DNA of 64,000 nt from positions 119,880,663-119,944,662 of the forward strand of contig NC_068981.1 in assembly GCF_001194135.2 (NCBI RefSeq), in the 5' to 3' direction. How positions within the stretch are numbered: the first letter of the stretch is position 1; the number at the start of each line of letters is the position of its first letter. The notes under the pieces are model-generated. The model worked only from the letters and a program-made list of their open reading frames with translations, ran no database searches and was not told where the DNA came from. Source of the stretch: Octopus bimaculoides. Lineage: Eukaryota. A program made the translations under genes and the position numbers. Of this stretch, positions 1 to 13,290 are shown piece after piece.

Positions 1-35
<35 letters not shown>

Positions 36-150
36 CGTGTGCGTGTGTGTGTGTGTATGTGTGTGTATGTGTGTGTGTGTGCGTGCATGCATGTATATAT
101 GTGTTTGAGTGTGTGTGTATGTTTATATATATATATATATATATTTATTT
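1..150. repeat. Compound (GT)n/(TA)n microsatellite
   Basis: Seen directly. Similar compound tracts at about 850-1000, 2257-2300, 2806-2860, 8988-9080, 14955-15135, 16360-16690, 32389-32445, 52318-52430 and 57660-57804. Confidence 0.97.
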
Positions 151-874
151 ATTTATATACCGATGAAGTACATATATTTGAACATAAATATGTTAATCCT
201 TGTATTAAACCGTCGGAGAACACTTTCTCCTTTCAGATGATGTGTTGACAATACACATGATTTATTGATGTAAGTGGACTTTAAGACACCGATGTTTTGA
301 TTTTATTATGGCACTTCAGTCACAGCTAACTCTGACTCAATGAAATCAAATAAGAATGGTTCTTCTTGTCTATAAAATTCAGTAAACAAATTATTTCCTG
401 ATGTGTGCTGATGGCTGCCAAGCTGTTAATATATTATTATGAGTACATAAAACATCGAGAGTCAAAACAATGATGTACATGTTCGACTTGGCACAATGAA
501 GTCGAAACACCGGTGTCTCAAAGTACCCCCACATTCATGAATCGAGTGTATTAATACATGTCGTCTAAAATAAGAAAGTGTTCTCCGAAGGCAAAATGCA
601 GACATCCTCTGCATTACTGTAACTTTAAGTTAAAGAATTTCGCGCTAACGAAGATTGTAAAGTATCGCCTCTAATTTCGGAATATAATCTGTAATTTCAC
701 TCTTATAGAAGCTTAGTTAAATTTTAAGAATTCAGAAACTCCGCGTTCTTATGAGCCAAAGGCCGCTCCTTGGCTTTTTAGCTATGATCAAAGTATCGTT
801 ACCAATTTGAGAAACTGTAATCCCATTACCTACTGTAATCCCATTACATATCTATATCTATATATATATATATA

Positions 875-948
<74 letters not shown>

Positions 949-1286
949 TGTGTGTGTGTGCGTGCGTATGCGTGCATATGTGTGTATGTGCGTGTGCGTG
1001 TGTTATTTTAATGTTGAATTAATTGTCTTGAGGATTGAGTTGAAACTAAACAGCAACAATAATACATTTGAGGAAAATATACCCACGGCTGCCGCCAGCA
1101 GCCACCAACAGCCTTTGTAGCTTCATCAATCAATTTTACGCTATGCAAATTCAAGAGCTTCTTTAAAATTTTAAACCAGCTTTTACTAACCAGAAAAAAA
1201 GATTTTCATTAAAAGTTTCATCTTCCGTTTATGTATTTGTTTTGCAAGATTCCTGATGTGAAATCGTGTATTGAAACACATTGTTA

Positions 1287-1609
1287 TATTTCGGGATGGT
1301 TATCTTTTTTTTATACCAAATAAACACACACATTATATATTCGTTCTTCACTTCAGATTTATCATTGTTCTTATTTCATTACCTTTGTCAAGAAATCTTT
1401 CCTCACACTTCCTGTGACCCCTTCAGTGACTCTCCATCCCATGTGTCTCTCTCTGTTCTGCTTAGTCTATTCTGTCTTTTTATGGTGTGTATCCTTATCA
1501 GAAAGATTTCCAGACAATGGACATAAAATAAGAATAATAATAAATCTGAAGTAAAAAAAATGAATATACAGTGCATGTGTTTATTTGATAAAAATAAAAT
1601 CCCGAAATA
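1287..1609. mobile_element. Foldback/MITE-like element
   Basis: Imperfect inverted arms 1287-1400 and 1502-1609 around a spacer of about 100 bp. Confidence 0.65.
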
Positions 1610-1794
1610 CAATATTTCATCTCCCTTTTTCTGAAAATCGTCTTACAAACTTTTGACGTGTTTAATTACCATCACGCTTATCAGCACAAATCCTTGAATT
1701 TGATTTTTGATTCATACAATAAGTAGCTGTTTTATTTTAAGCATCACAATTCTATAAAATATCGAAGTCCGACTAGTTAACGAAGTCACTAATT

Positions 1795-1960
1795 TTTTCG
1801 TATTGTCATGTATTGCTCACTCTGTAGATGTTGCCAGCTTTAATGTTTTCGTAATGTGGTTGATTTTTCTCTTGCATCAAGTCTTTTGAAAACATCAGTT
1901 TAATATCCAGTGGGACCTTTCTATGCTTCCTTTTCGAGTTACAACCTTCAGTTCCAGTCG
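1795..1960 (-). pseudogene. Tigger/pogo transposase N-terminal HTH remnant
   Basis: With one frameshift reads KRKHRKVPLDIKL/DVFKRLDAREKINHITKTLKLATST, resembling a CENP-B/psq-type HTH. Confidence 0.55.
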
Positions 1961-2254
1961 TTGGCTTCTTTCTAGGTATCTGAAATTATAGATAAATCCA
2001 ACAGCGGCAGCAATTTACAATTACCCACAACAAATATGTGGTAAAAATAAAACACCAAGCAAGAACTGCTTTTGTAAGAGCAAAAAAAAAAGTCTTATTC
2101 CTTTAGATGTAAGAATGGAAATGAAAAAATGATAAGGGAGAGTGAGATGGAAGAAGTGTATGAATACAGTTAAATGAGGGGATTATTGGCACTTTGCTCC
2201 TTGCACCTCTGACTTGAGCCATAAACATTCTATACTACTCACGTACACACACAT

Positions 2255-2292
<38 letters not shown>

Positions 2293-2802
2293 ACCACGCA
2301 CGCACGCGCGCGCACACATTGATGGGTCAGAAGAACAAATAGTAGTAAGCACCACCTTTACAGATTCTTCCCGGCAAATGAGTTTGATGTGGTTAATATT
2401 CAAGATCAAAGTTGATGCTTGCAGGAATATGTTTTATGCAATGCTAACACACGCATACATATACATTCATGCATGAATATGGTCGTGAAGTTTTGCAACT
2501 ATGTGGTTCCGCGTTCGTTCCTACTGCCTTGCAACTTAACCCCATCTAGTTGATAAACAGTCATTGAATGACGCTTAGTAGACTGTAACTCTACATACAT
2601 ACATACATACATACATACATACATTCCAGTCTTTGATTTAATGTATTCATATTTTGCAACCGATCTATCTGACCCAGAATTTCAACTAGTATGAATAGTT
2701 TTCTTTTTTTAAGATAGACTATTATTTATGTATATACATTTGATAACCGGTATTCACAGAGGAAATTACTGAGGGTACAGCTTGGATTTTAAGGCCCTTT
2801 AT

Positions 2803-2865
<63 letters not shown>

Positions 2866-3932
2866 ATTGCTAGAATTTGCATAGCAAAAATCATAAGTGT
2901 TACGCTGAACTTTCAAAAAGTCTTGCATATTTTTATTGTTCTACTTGCAGATGGTATTTATAAAACTGGAAACTTTTTTGTCTGAAAATACTACTTTGGT
3001 AATTGAAATTGCGAACTTATAATATGGGTAGATAAGCTCAAGGTTTTGAAGCATTTGTTATTAAATATTCTCCCTATAGCTTATATGATTGTATATGACC
3101 TTTGTTTTCTGATTCAACAACTGCATTAGGTCTGTAACTTAACGAAAGTTTTGTTGGAAAAACAGAGGCATTGTCTATATTTATCTCAAGGCAGTGTTTT
3201 CTACGGATGGCATTATATATATATTTTTAGCAACAGCTGTGTTATGCCACAATGGCAGTATTCTTAAGACATTTTTAGGCAGCTTCTAATCAATATGTAA
3301 TATCTTCCACAGAAATGTGGTATAAGCAGCCTTTTCGGTTGCATTTTGGTAGTTTAATAGCTTTTCTGTCTCTATTGTGCATCAAGTAGTTTGTAACTAT
3401 CTCCTACTCTAAGATATCAAAAGTAGAACCTTCGAAAATTAACAAGATGTATGTATGTATATATGTATGTCATTAGTCAGTCTTATTCAAGATTTCTTGC
3501 CAATGGAGAAAACACCAGTTTCTAACTTAGATCCAAGGAATTTCAACAGCATTAACATGGCATTTTTGCGAGTATGTGTATATATGTCAAGTATTTGGCC
3601 TTAGAACATGTGCAGATTTGTATGTTTTGGTTTATGTATGCATTCTCATGCATATAATCGCATGTCTAGACAAGTGCGTATATACTTAAATAATAAACTT
3701 CTGGAAAGCTTTATGTATCTATGTATGTGTGTATTATGTGCATCTCTTTATCTGTGTTGCCGTCGTTGTTGTTGCTGTTCAGATGCAGATCACCTCTGGC
3801 CCAGCAGACCAAATACAAAAGACGTTCCAGTCCTGCCCGTTCCGGCTTTTAAATATATCTAAACATATCAAAATTAGAAATATTGCACTTCTAAATTTCT
3901 CAGAGAGACTTATACAGTAGCAGCACGATAAA

Positions 3933-4334
3933 GTTTGTTGCCAACTTAATGTGGCAGTCACAGGAAAGGACAGAATGCTACTGCTATTTAGCCCCAGGAA
4001 ACATCGCCTCTAGTTGGCTGTGACACAAGCGTTCTGTGTCCTTTCTAATTTTGTAGATCAATGAATTTATTTCATTTGAAATTCTGTTTTCAAAGGCAAA
4101 TAAGCACCGACAGTTAGCAAGCCAAGCTACTCCAGACTGATGAAGAGCAATGGCTCTGAAACTAGTCTCTAGATGCTGACTTTGCTGCGTGGAGGTGCTT
4201 ATCTCCCCTGTTTGAAAATTTAAGGACACAGAACGCTTGTGTCACATAACCAACTGGAGACAGTGTTTCCTGGGGCTAAATAGCAGTAGCATTCTTCCCT
4301 TTCCTGGAACCGCCACATTAAGTTGGCAACAAAC
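3933..4334 (+). mobile_element. Inverted-repeat element enclosing a hammerhead ribozyme (probably a Penelope pLTR or retrozyme derivative)
   Basis: Arms 3933-4042 and 4223-4334 are near reverse complements, with the hammerhead motif between them. Confidence 0.7.
4131..4173 (+). ncRNA. Minimal type I hammerhead ribozyme, near intact
   Basis: TCCAGA-CTGATGA-AGAGC(AATG)GCTCT-GAAA-CTAG-TC^TCTAGA: full core, 5-bp helix II, palindromic ACTAGT helix III, GUC triplet, helix I 5 of 6 paired. Confidence 0.85.
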
Positions 4335-4932
4335 CATCAATTTAAACATATATCTTGACGCAGAATAGACAGCCCAGAATAACGTCGCCGGTAGCCTATG
4401 TTCCACAGGGAGAATAGTAAGTTGACGTACATTGTCCAATTTGTCCCAGAATGTAAATTTGAAGGTTATTTGGTAGATATTTCTTGCAGGTCGAGCATCT
4501 ATAAATGGGCTCCATCGTTTGCTTGTGCTTATTTGATTACATTTGTATATATGTTTTCTTCAAGTGGAATTTGTTTTATCACGTGAAGATGGAAGATGAC
4601 AAAATCACTTGGGAATAACACATATCACATTCTTCCTGGACATCGCTAGCAGCTGAGAATATCCGATTCATTACTAGCAAGAATAAGAGTGCTCTAGTAA
4701 TAAAAGATTTCGGGTAATTGAGTTTTACTATCGATATCTCTAAATACCCAACAGGACATCTACAGTTCCCTTAATTGGTCATTAGAGTCAATCCCTTCTA
4801 TGAAATCAGTGCTTCTCCTGGAAACTAATTGGATCTTAACGAAAATCATTTCTCTTTATAATATTGAAACATATGCCTGTATGTGTGTGTGTATAGACTT
4901 TTGTGTGTATGTATATATATATATATATATAT

Positions 4933-5740
4933 NNNNNNNNNNNNNNNNNNNNNNNNNNNNNNNNNNNNNNNNNNNNNNNNNNNNNNNNNNNNNNNNNNNN
5001 NNNNNNNNNNNNNNNNNNNNNNNNNNNNNNNNNNNNNNNNNNNNNNNNNNNNNNNNNNNNNNNNNNNNNNNNNNNNNNNNNNNNNNNNNNNNNNNNNNNN
5101 NNNNNNNNNNNNNNNNNNNNNNNNNNNNNNNNNNNNNNNNNNNNNNNNNNNNNNNNNNNNNNNNNNNNNNNNNNNNNNNNNNNNNNNNNNNNNNNNNNNN
5201 NNNNNNNNNNNNNNNNNNNNNNNNNNNNNNNNNNNNNNNNNNNNNNNNNNNNNNNNNNNNNNNNNNNNNNNNNNNNNNNNNNNNNNNNNNNNNNNNNNNN
5301 NNNNNNNNNNNNNNNNNNNNNNNNNNNNNNNNNNNNNNNNNNNNNNNNNNNNNNNNNNNNNNNNNNNNNNNNNNNNNNNNNNNNNNNNNNNNNNNNNNNN
5401 NNNNNNNNNNNNNNNNNNNNNNNNNNNNNNNNNNNNNNNNNNNNNNNNNNNNNNNNNNNNNNNNNNNNNNNNNNNNNNNNNNNNNNNNNNNNNNNNNNNN
5501 NNNNNNNNNNNNNNNNNNNNNNNNNNNNNNNNNNNNNNNNNNNNNNNNNNNNNNNNNNNNNNNNNNNNNNNNNNNNNNNNNNNNNNNNNNNNNNNNNNNN
5601 NNNNNNNNNNNNNNNNNNNNNNNNNNNNNNNNNNNNNNNNNNNNNNNNNNNNNNNNNNNNNNNNNNNNNNNNNNNNNNNNNNNNNNNNNNNNNNNNNNNN
5701 NNNNNNNNNNNNNNNNNNNNNNNNNNNNNNNNNNNNNNNN
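4933..5740. other. Assembly gap (N-run)
   Basis: Other gaps: 8793-8987, 14322-14574, 15157-15253, 19135-19366, 27001-27118, 53143-53242, 57752-57761. Most abut microsatellites. Confidence 1.
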
Positions 5741-5773
<33 letters not shown>

Positions 5774-5863
5774 TATATGGATATATGTGTGTATGCAGGT
5801 ACATATGTAGGTAAGTGAGTATGTTTATATATATATAATTACGTATGTTTAAGTGTATATACA

Positions 5864-6077
5864 CAGTACCCCTCGCCATATCGCGGTTTATTATTTAAAC
5901 TCATGTCGATTCCTCCATGGTGTTGTTTTACATTTATAATAAAATAAATATATCCAAATTATAAAAATAGTAAAAGTATATATATATATACTGTCCAGTA
6001 CTGTTTCTACTTCGCGGATTTTCACCTAACGAGGCGGGTTTTGGAACGTAGCACCCGCGATAGCCGAGGGGTTACTA
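5864..6077. mobile_element. Tigger-type MITE
   Basis: TIRs CAGTACCCCTCGCCATATCGCGG and CCGCGATAGCCGAGGGGTTACT, no ORF. Confidence 0.75.
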
Positions 6078-6091
6078 TACATGCATATATA

Positions 6092-6718
6092 CGTGGTCTG
6101 ATCAATAAGTACTCGGACTGTTACGAAGCTAAAGCACGGAGAGTGAAGCCGCTTGGCACAGATTGACCTCGAATTCTGTTGTGCATGTGCACTAAGTTTT
6201 AACGCTCTAGCTTACTTCCTTTTTTTACAGCAGAGTTTGGAAGGAAGGTGTGTAGTGTGTGATCGTCGCATTGAGAATGACAGAGAAAGTTGTACAGAGA
6301 ATCTGCATCAAGTTTTTCCAAAAGCTTGGTGATACCTGCTCAGAGGCATACGCAAAGTTTTCAAGAAGTTTTCATCGTTCTCGGCATAATCGACATTCTT
6401 TCGGCCATTTTTGGAACGTCTGAACCACTCGTACAATTGTGTGCGGCTCATACACTCCTCTCTATACACTTTCTGCAGCTACTTTGCGTAGGCTTCTGAG
6501 CAGGTATCGCCATGACAACTTTTTCTGTCATGGTCAATGCGACGATCACACGATACACACCTTCCTTCCATGCACTGCTGTAAACAGTAGAAGTGAGCTA
6601 GAATGTTAAAATTTAGTGCGCATGCACAGCAGAGTTCAGGGTCAATCTGTGCCAAGCGGCTTCACTCTGCGTGCGTTAGCCTCATTACCAACATTCCGCA
6701 TACTTATTAATCAGACCT

Positions 6719-6720
<2 letters not shown>
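6092..6720. mobile_element. Mariner-derived foldback element (two inverted left ends)
   Basis: TIR (C)GTGGTCTGATCAATAAGTA at both ends with TA flanks. Both arms encode the transposase N-terminus (MTEKVVQRICIKFFQKLGDTCSEAYAK), in opposite orientation. Confidence 0.85.
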
Positions 6721-6759
<39 letters not shown>

Positions 6760-6762
<3 letters not shown>

Positions 6763-8755
6763 ATAAATAAAATAAGTTGAATAGGATCAACCCTACCAAA
6801 GTTGATAGCAATAGTAATAAAAATAACAATAGAAAGAAGAAGAATTATAACTATAACTTTACGATCTACAATAATACTGAGGGCAGTTTTTACACCAAAA
6901 ACAAAAATATTAAAAATAATAAGCGGAATAAAGATAACATCTGGTTAATAATCCCCTTCGCGATGCAACTAAAAACCAGCATAGTTAAATCTATAATGAA
7001 ACTTATGAATAAGCACTTCAATATGAATACGAAATACTCAGAAATCTTTAGCAATAAAATTGGAGTAGGCTATAGCCTAACTAGCAGCCTAGCTACTATT
7101 ATAGCCTCTATCAACAATAAAAAGTTAGACGCCTTCTATGAAACTAGGAAGAATAACAATAAAAAGCGCAACAACCAATCGATTGATATAAGTGATCCCC
7201 CAAATAACTCGCCCTCTAAAAATTCGGACAACCACCTTATAAATGATAGTCTCCTCCCCACCCATATCATAGGCACAGATAATCTTACTAATCTATGTGG
7301 CTGCAGAGATGAAAATACTTGTGAATTCTTGAATAAATGTAAAACTAAAAATGTAATCTACCAATGTGATGGATTCTCCAATAAATACAAGTAAATTTAT
7401 ATAGGAGCAACTAAAAATGAAATGAAACTTAGATATAATTCCCATCGCTCAAGTTTCAGAAATAGAAGTAAGGATAACTCTACTGGATTAAGTAGGTACA
7501 TCTGGGAACTGAAAGACAATAACATTATAGATTAGAATGGCGTATCCTAGCAAAACATCTTCATATGACCTTAACAATAATTGTTGTAATTTATGCATAA
7601 ATGAGAAATTCTTCATTTTAATGGCCAAATCAGAATTACTTAATAAACGAGGCGAGAAAAATACAAGTTTTCATAAAGATAAATTCTTTTTCTCTAAATA
7701 CCGCTAATACTTACATTACAGGTTATTAGCTGACCTGTCTAACATCTGATTACCTCCTCTAACCCTCCTCCTTACCAAAGAAAATAATTTAACATCACAT
7801 CACAATGAAATTAAATTACCCCGATTAACTGAATTATCGATCTTAAATCTACGATATACACTCGGACATATAATTCTCTATAATATATTCACTTTAAAGG
7901 TAGATCGCTGACTAACATACCAATTGCTAGGACGGCCACTAACATAAACATGATTAAACGAGCGACTTAGCTTATCCTAGCCGATTGTATTGGTTTTTAA
8001 TTATATTAACGAGAACATAGCCCGCACCGCACATAACAACATGTTATTTTTTATTTATATATTTATTATTATACCTTTTACGTAACCCAAATTTATACAT
8101 TATATCGCACTAACTTTTTAAAAGCATCCTTAGTTTTTAACAAGAGCATTCTTTGTTATCATATGGACTTATCTAGCGGTCCGAAACAGCGTTATATATT
8201 ACAATTAACAACACCGGATATTATTACCGGGTATAACTCTTTCGACTAACACTGCCGATCAACTAGTCCTTTTACCCACTTATTGCTCCATTCATCTAAT
8301 TGAAGAAACGTACACACACGTGGAGCCAAAAAAGGGCACAAAAATGTAAGCCTAAAGACTTAACGAACTTTTCCTTTTTTCCTTTTTCTTTTCATTTCCC
8401 TTTTTCTCCTATCTATATTCCTCCGATAAACTCTAAATCATTCTGACGATGTTTGTTAAATAGAACGAGATAAATGCAAATTTACTTCGAAATGACAAAC
8501 TGAAACAGCTGTGAATATTCTTGAACTACAATTAAACTATGACCTTTTAATACTAATGATCAACTTCTAATTGTTAATTGTTGCTTCATTTCTTTTATCT
8601 GAATATATTAAACCACGATTTTACCATTTAAATTACCAACTACTGTTAACCTTATAGCAAGGCCTAAACATAGTGAGGTAATACACCAGTAGTGCCTACG
8701 GATACATTTATCCCTTAGACGGTTGCATAACCTCTAACTCATAATTTTTCTATAG
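6760..8755 (+). mobile_element. 5'-truncated Penelope-like retroelement (GIY-YIG endonuclease and 3' pLTR region)
   Basis: Linker NIWLIIPF...KHF...IFS...YSL, then CGCRDENTC...NVIYQC...*IYIGATKNEMKLRYNSHRSSF...LSRYIWELK...CNLCINEK. Degenerate hammerhead in the tail. Confidence 0.9.
8438..8518 (+). ncRNA. Degenerate hammerhead ribozyme in the Penelope tail
   Basis: CTGACGA (8443-8449), GTTTGT/ACAAAC helix II, then GAAA-CAGCTG-T-G. The triplet is GUG, a non-cleaving type. Confidence 0.55.
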
Positions 8756-8758
8756 CAG

Positions 8759-8792
<34 letters not shown>

Positions 8793-8987
8793 NNNNNNNN
8801 NNNNNNNNNNNNNNNNNNNNNNNNNNNNNNNNNNNNNNNNNNNNNNNNNNNNNNNNNNNNNNNNNNNNNNNNNNNNNNNNNNNNNNNNNNNNNNNNNNNN
8901 NNNNNNNNNNNNNNNNNNNNNNNNNNNNNNNNNNNNNNNNNNNNNNNNNNNNNNNNNNNNNNNNNNNNNNNNNNNNNNNNNNNNNNN

Positions 8988-9038
<51 letters not shown>

Positions 9039-10332
9039 TTCTCTCTTTCTCTCTTACTCTCTCTCTCCCTCCCTCTCTCTTTCACTCTGCTGCTCTCCCT
9101 CTCTTTCCCTTCCCTTCTATCTGCTACCCACACGTGACCCGTGACTGATTTTCTATTTCCTCTGCCTTTTCGACGCCGGACGCCCAGCGTACTGGACAAC
9201 CTTTTCTCCTTTCTTACTAATTCTGTTCTTTATATCCATTTGAGGATTTCTTCCTAGCGTTAATCCATTATACTCGTGTTTGGCCGAAAGGCGCTATTTA
9301 TTGTCTTCGTCTATGGTTTTAAATTACATTTGTTTACTTTCGTACGTCCACCCTGTATTGTTTTGTTCGTTCGAGCCCTAATTCTACGCAAATCTTGCAG
9401 GTTCCGCCGATATACGAAGTTCCCAGTTTTATCGTTAAAGGCACGAAATTGAGTATTAGTATTTTCGATCGATAACTGATGAAGATTTGGGGTCCTTCTG
9501 TATCTGTCCTACATGTGCGTTTGTGTGTGTATACGTATGAGCGTTTGTATGTGTATGTATATGTTTGTGTATGTATGTGTGTATATATGTGAGTGGGTGT
9601 GATATATATGCACATATATATGTGTATGCATGAGTGTATGTATGGGTTTTTGCATGTGTATATACGTTTGGGTGTGTGTGCGTACGTGCGTGTGTGTGTG
9701 TGCATGCGTGCACGCGCGCGTGCAAATCTATCGTCGAAAGCAGATGTAGGAACGAAATACCAATAGAGCAGGTTAGTACCTGCTTTCTCCTGAAGTTTCT
9801 GTTAGGATAACTGGCTCCAACAAGTGATAGGTAAAATAGTAATGAGATAGTAGCACCTATCATTCAAAGCTATTAGAAGTGGCAATTGTGGAAGAGAATG
9901 AGTTCCTCGTTAGTTTGTAGTGATTAGTTCCGGTCATACCTTCATGGAAAACAGATATTAATCGGTGTTCTATTAGGGCTAGGATCAATATCTTTCTCTT
10001 TTCGATCTATCACACTTGAGTTGGGGTGCTTACTGTGGAGAGGTAACTGAAAACCCCGAAACTCTTGGGAACGATGCTCCAAGACGCTGCTGCCGGAATG
10101 CAACATTGAAAGCATATTTCATTTTCGCTTTCACTGTGCCGTTGGAGTAACTTATCTCTTATTTGATTAAGATTAATACCCGGGAAATTAAACAGAAAAG
10201 AAATATGTCAAATAGTTTTTAATTATATTTTCAACCAACAAATAAATCATGAGACACACACAACCTAAATGAATAAAACTAATGAAAGTTAAATGATTTG
10301 TCCATGAACAAAGACCATGTTCATCAACTGAA

Positions 10333-10434
10333 ATCGATCGAGCCAATCTAGATCGATTGAGCCAAGCTAGATCGATCGAGCCAATCTAAACTGATTGTCC
10401 CAATCTAAAGATCCAATCCTGGCCGATGACGTGA
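10333..10434 (+). repeat. 19-bp tandem repeat (4 units) with CCAAT/ATCGAT motifs and an adjacent TGACGTGA
   Basis: atcgatcgagccaatctag / atcgattgagccaagctag / atcgatcgagccaatctaa / actgattgtcccaatctaa. Confidence 0.8.
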
Positions 10435-11959
10435 CAATATTTTGCCTTTTTATCTTATCTTGGTTTGATCAAATAAGTACCAGTCAAGTACTGAGATCGA
10501 TATAATCGATCCCACCCCATCACCACTACTCTAAATATGTGACCTTGTGCTAATATTAGAAATCAATAATAATTATTTCTAGCTTTGATACTAAGATAAA
10601 CATTTGTGTGATGGGTGTCGATCTTGTACATTATTGGTTTCTATAATATTGATAATAGACAAAATTGATGGCAGCCGAATTTGAGCTTCTTTTGGTAACA
10701 TCTGAAATAACATCGGCCTCATCTGCATTAGTCTTGGGTGATGGCCATATTTGAAAGAATTCCGCGCCTACAACGGAGCAGGTGTTAACTCAGACCGTAA
10801 ACTAATGGTTGGAAGGATTCTTAATAAAAAAAAAACCTTAAAAAAGATACAGACGGCCAAGACTGCGGCTCTATGAAACGAAGGCTCTCAAGCAAATGGA
10901 AACTTCAACCAGATTCATTGAGACAGTGAAGGTAAATTTCCAAGCCTCGAAGAGAATGTCTGAACGTAAGTCTGCTAATTTGTTTCTAACAAGTCATCAC
11001 GTCAGAGATCAAATACGTAGTTTGGCACAGAAACGATAACAAGCGGGAATGGTGGAGCTCCACAGCTTCGTGAAACCTGTAACAAATGAATGGTAGCCAT
11101 GATTGTGTTTTGTGTTATTAGAATGTTACGGTCAAGGTGTTGATGAAGTTTAGTACACTTGAAAAGTTCTGCATATTGCTAAATGTATAGCTCATGGAAA
11201 TAGATGACATAGTTTTCATAACTTTTATTTAGCGTTATGACACAAACAACTAATTCAAGTTGTTAGTACATAAAGGTTGGTAATAATTCTGTTGTACTTC
11301 GCATAGATATCTCTGGTCATTGTAGTTTACTACTAAGTGGCCGAATGAAAAATTTAAGAAGAAATTAAGAGAATTTAACTTTCTGAAAATTATCGAGAGA
11401 ATAAAAGAGTTATGTTACCTTCGTGACAACATCCGAATAAAGAGGAGACGTCTCTCTGAGGACGCTGAGGAAAGAAAGCAGGCAAGTTACCTCCGCTATA
11501 GGTGCCGAGTCAAAAAGCGGCAATTCTATTTAGTGTTTCGTATCTATAACAGTTCCAAACTATGTTACACTAATAAAGGATACTTTGTAGATTATCTATG
11601 TAGAACTGAACTCGACCCATGATGGTCAGGAAGCTGACAGCTGACTCTCATAAATCTTCGAGTGCAAATCTAAAGAGTAAAGGAGAGAAGTTTGCTGAAA
11701 GATTGAGACTGAGGTTTCAATTTCTGGTTGAGAATCCAGAATCTAATCGCTTCAAATCAATAAAATAGACATCTGTAAGTGGGTAATTCGTTCACAAACC
11801 TGCGCAGTAACATCACTATCAATGGCAACTTGGAAAGTAACATGTGAAAGCAGCTCAGCAAACTTTCAGCTCTCTTTCGGTGCCTGGAGCTTGTATGATC
11901 CACCAACTCATCCGTCAATCAAGGCACCAAACTCCGCTTGCTTACATCAAGTTATATCG

Positions 11960-12365
11960 ATGAAAACTAATGCCTGCAAAATGAGAAAAAAGACCAACAG
12001 AATGAATGAAAATGCAGGTGTCTTCCACAAACACTACCTTTGAGCAAAGCTAAGAATTTCTTGGCGCAACCACATCAAGAATGAAGAAGTCGTGGTAAAG
12101 GATGAGCTGAGTAATTTTGGGAGTATCATTGCTATAAAACAGCGAAAGACACTCGGCCATGCTCTACACATGATCACAAAGAAACTAGTGAGAGCCTGAC
12201 TTGAGTAAACAGAAGAGGTGAAGCAGACCTATCAAGACCTCGTAAAAGATAATGGAAGAAAACCTGGTAGTCATAGACCTAACCTGGAAGATGGCGACTG
12301 TACTGGATGGAGATCTTTCGTCGTCCAATGCTTTATGAGGAGCGAGAGCATAATAAGCTAAGCTA
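11960..12365 (+). mobile_element. Decayed RTE-type LINE 3' end
   Basis: Remnants resembling LRISWRNHIKNEEV...GH.L...W...WR.FV..LC, ending in a short (CTAAG)-like tail. Confidence 0.55.
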
Positions 12366-13124
12366 ATAATGATTTCTGATATTATTGTTAGCCATAAACC
12401 ACGAGGATGTCCTGAAAACCTTGGTGGAACAAGGTGTGGTGTATGTGTGGGATGTATGTTTATCAACCTCCGAACGATGAAAGGTAAAGACAGAATTTGA
12501 ACTCTCAAAAGGACATAAGAGAGTAAATAATTTGTTCGCCGCTCTACCTGCTTGTCTTGTCATCTATTATATTTCTGTTTGCATTAAGGGTGCTTTAAAA
12601 GAATAGACATTAATCTCAAGATTTGACTGGGACTATATGTTACCGAGCTAATTTCAAAGAAGACAAGTATGTTATATTGGCCATGGTTGGGCTTGAAATC
12701 AAGAATTAAACTCCTGTTACTAAATACCACAACACTGCCAGTCCAATACCCCTTCTTTTAGTTTAATTATTTCATTTCTACACTAACAACTTCCATTCGT
12801 TTATATCAACAAAATAGTTGTATGCAAACATATTTTGACAAGTCTTTAGGCATCTTTTGTTTCCTCTTCTCTAAACATTGAGCAATTAACTGTAAAAATA
12901 TTACCAGCCTTCGTGAAGTAAACCATACTTGAGGATTCGCTGCAACTGTTAATTTCGCGCTATCGAATAAAACAAAAGACTTTACATTTTCGAGAAGCAA
13001 AAATACTGTTTCGTCATAAAACTTAAAAACATTCAAATTATACTTCAGCGAAGAACAAATGCAAAAACCCCACTTATATAATAAAAAAATCATCAACACT
13101 TCATCAATTTGTTACTTATATGTA

Positions 13125-13290
13125 AAGCGGCGAGCTGGCAGAACCGTTACTGCGCCGAGCTAAATGCCTTTCATCCTTTCGGAGTCGATAAAATAAGTAC
13201 CAGTTGCGTACTGGGTCGATCTAATCGACTAGCCCCCTCCCCAAAAATTTCGGGCCTTGTGCCTAAAGTAGAACAGAAGTCTTCTTCCTA
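13125..13290 (+). mobile_element. tRNA-derived SINE, family C (internally deleted)
   Basis: GCGGCGAGCTGGCAGAACCGTTA head and CCTTTCGGAGTCGATAAAATAAGTACCAGTTG body. Related copies at about 46670-46905, 60285-60490 and 61865-62060 on the minus strand. Confidence 0.85.

Noticed and set aside
484-525. GACTT...AAGTC-GAAA-CACCGGTG-TC, a hammerhead-like 3' half
   Set aside because: No CUGANGA core in register upstream.
4800-5879. Long ORFs of 300-400 aa here and at 14932-15543 and 18509-19815
   Set aside because: Artefacts of N-runs and stop-free microsatellites (YIYI, CVCV, YYIIL).
12806-13099. 97-aa minus-strand ORF with an internal acceptor (LIAQCLEKRKQKMPKDLSK)
   Set aside because: No homology or good donor, and the phase from the 13565 donor gives an immediate stop.
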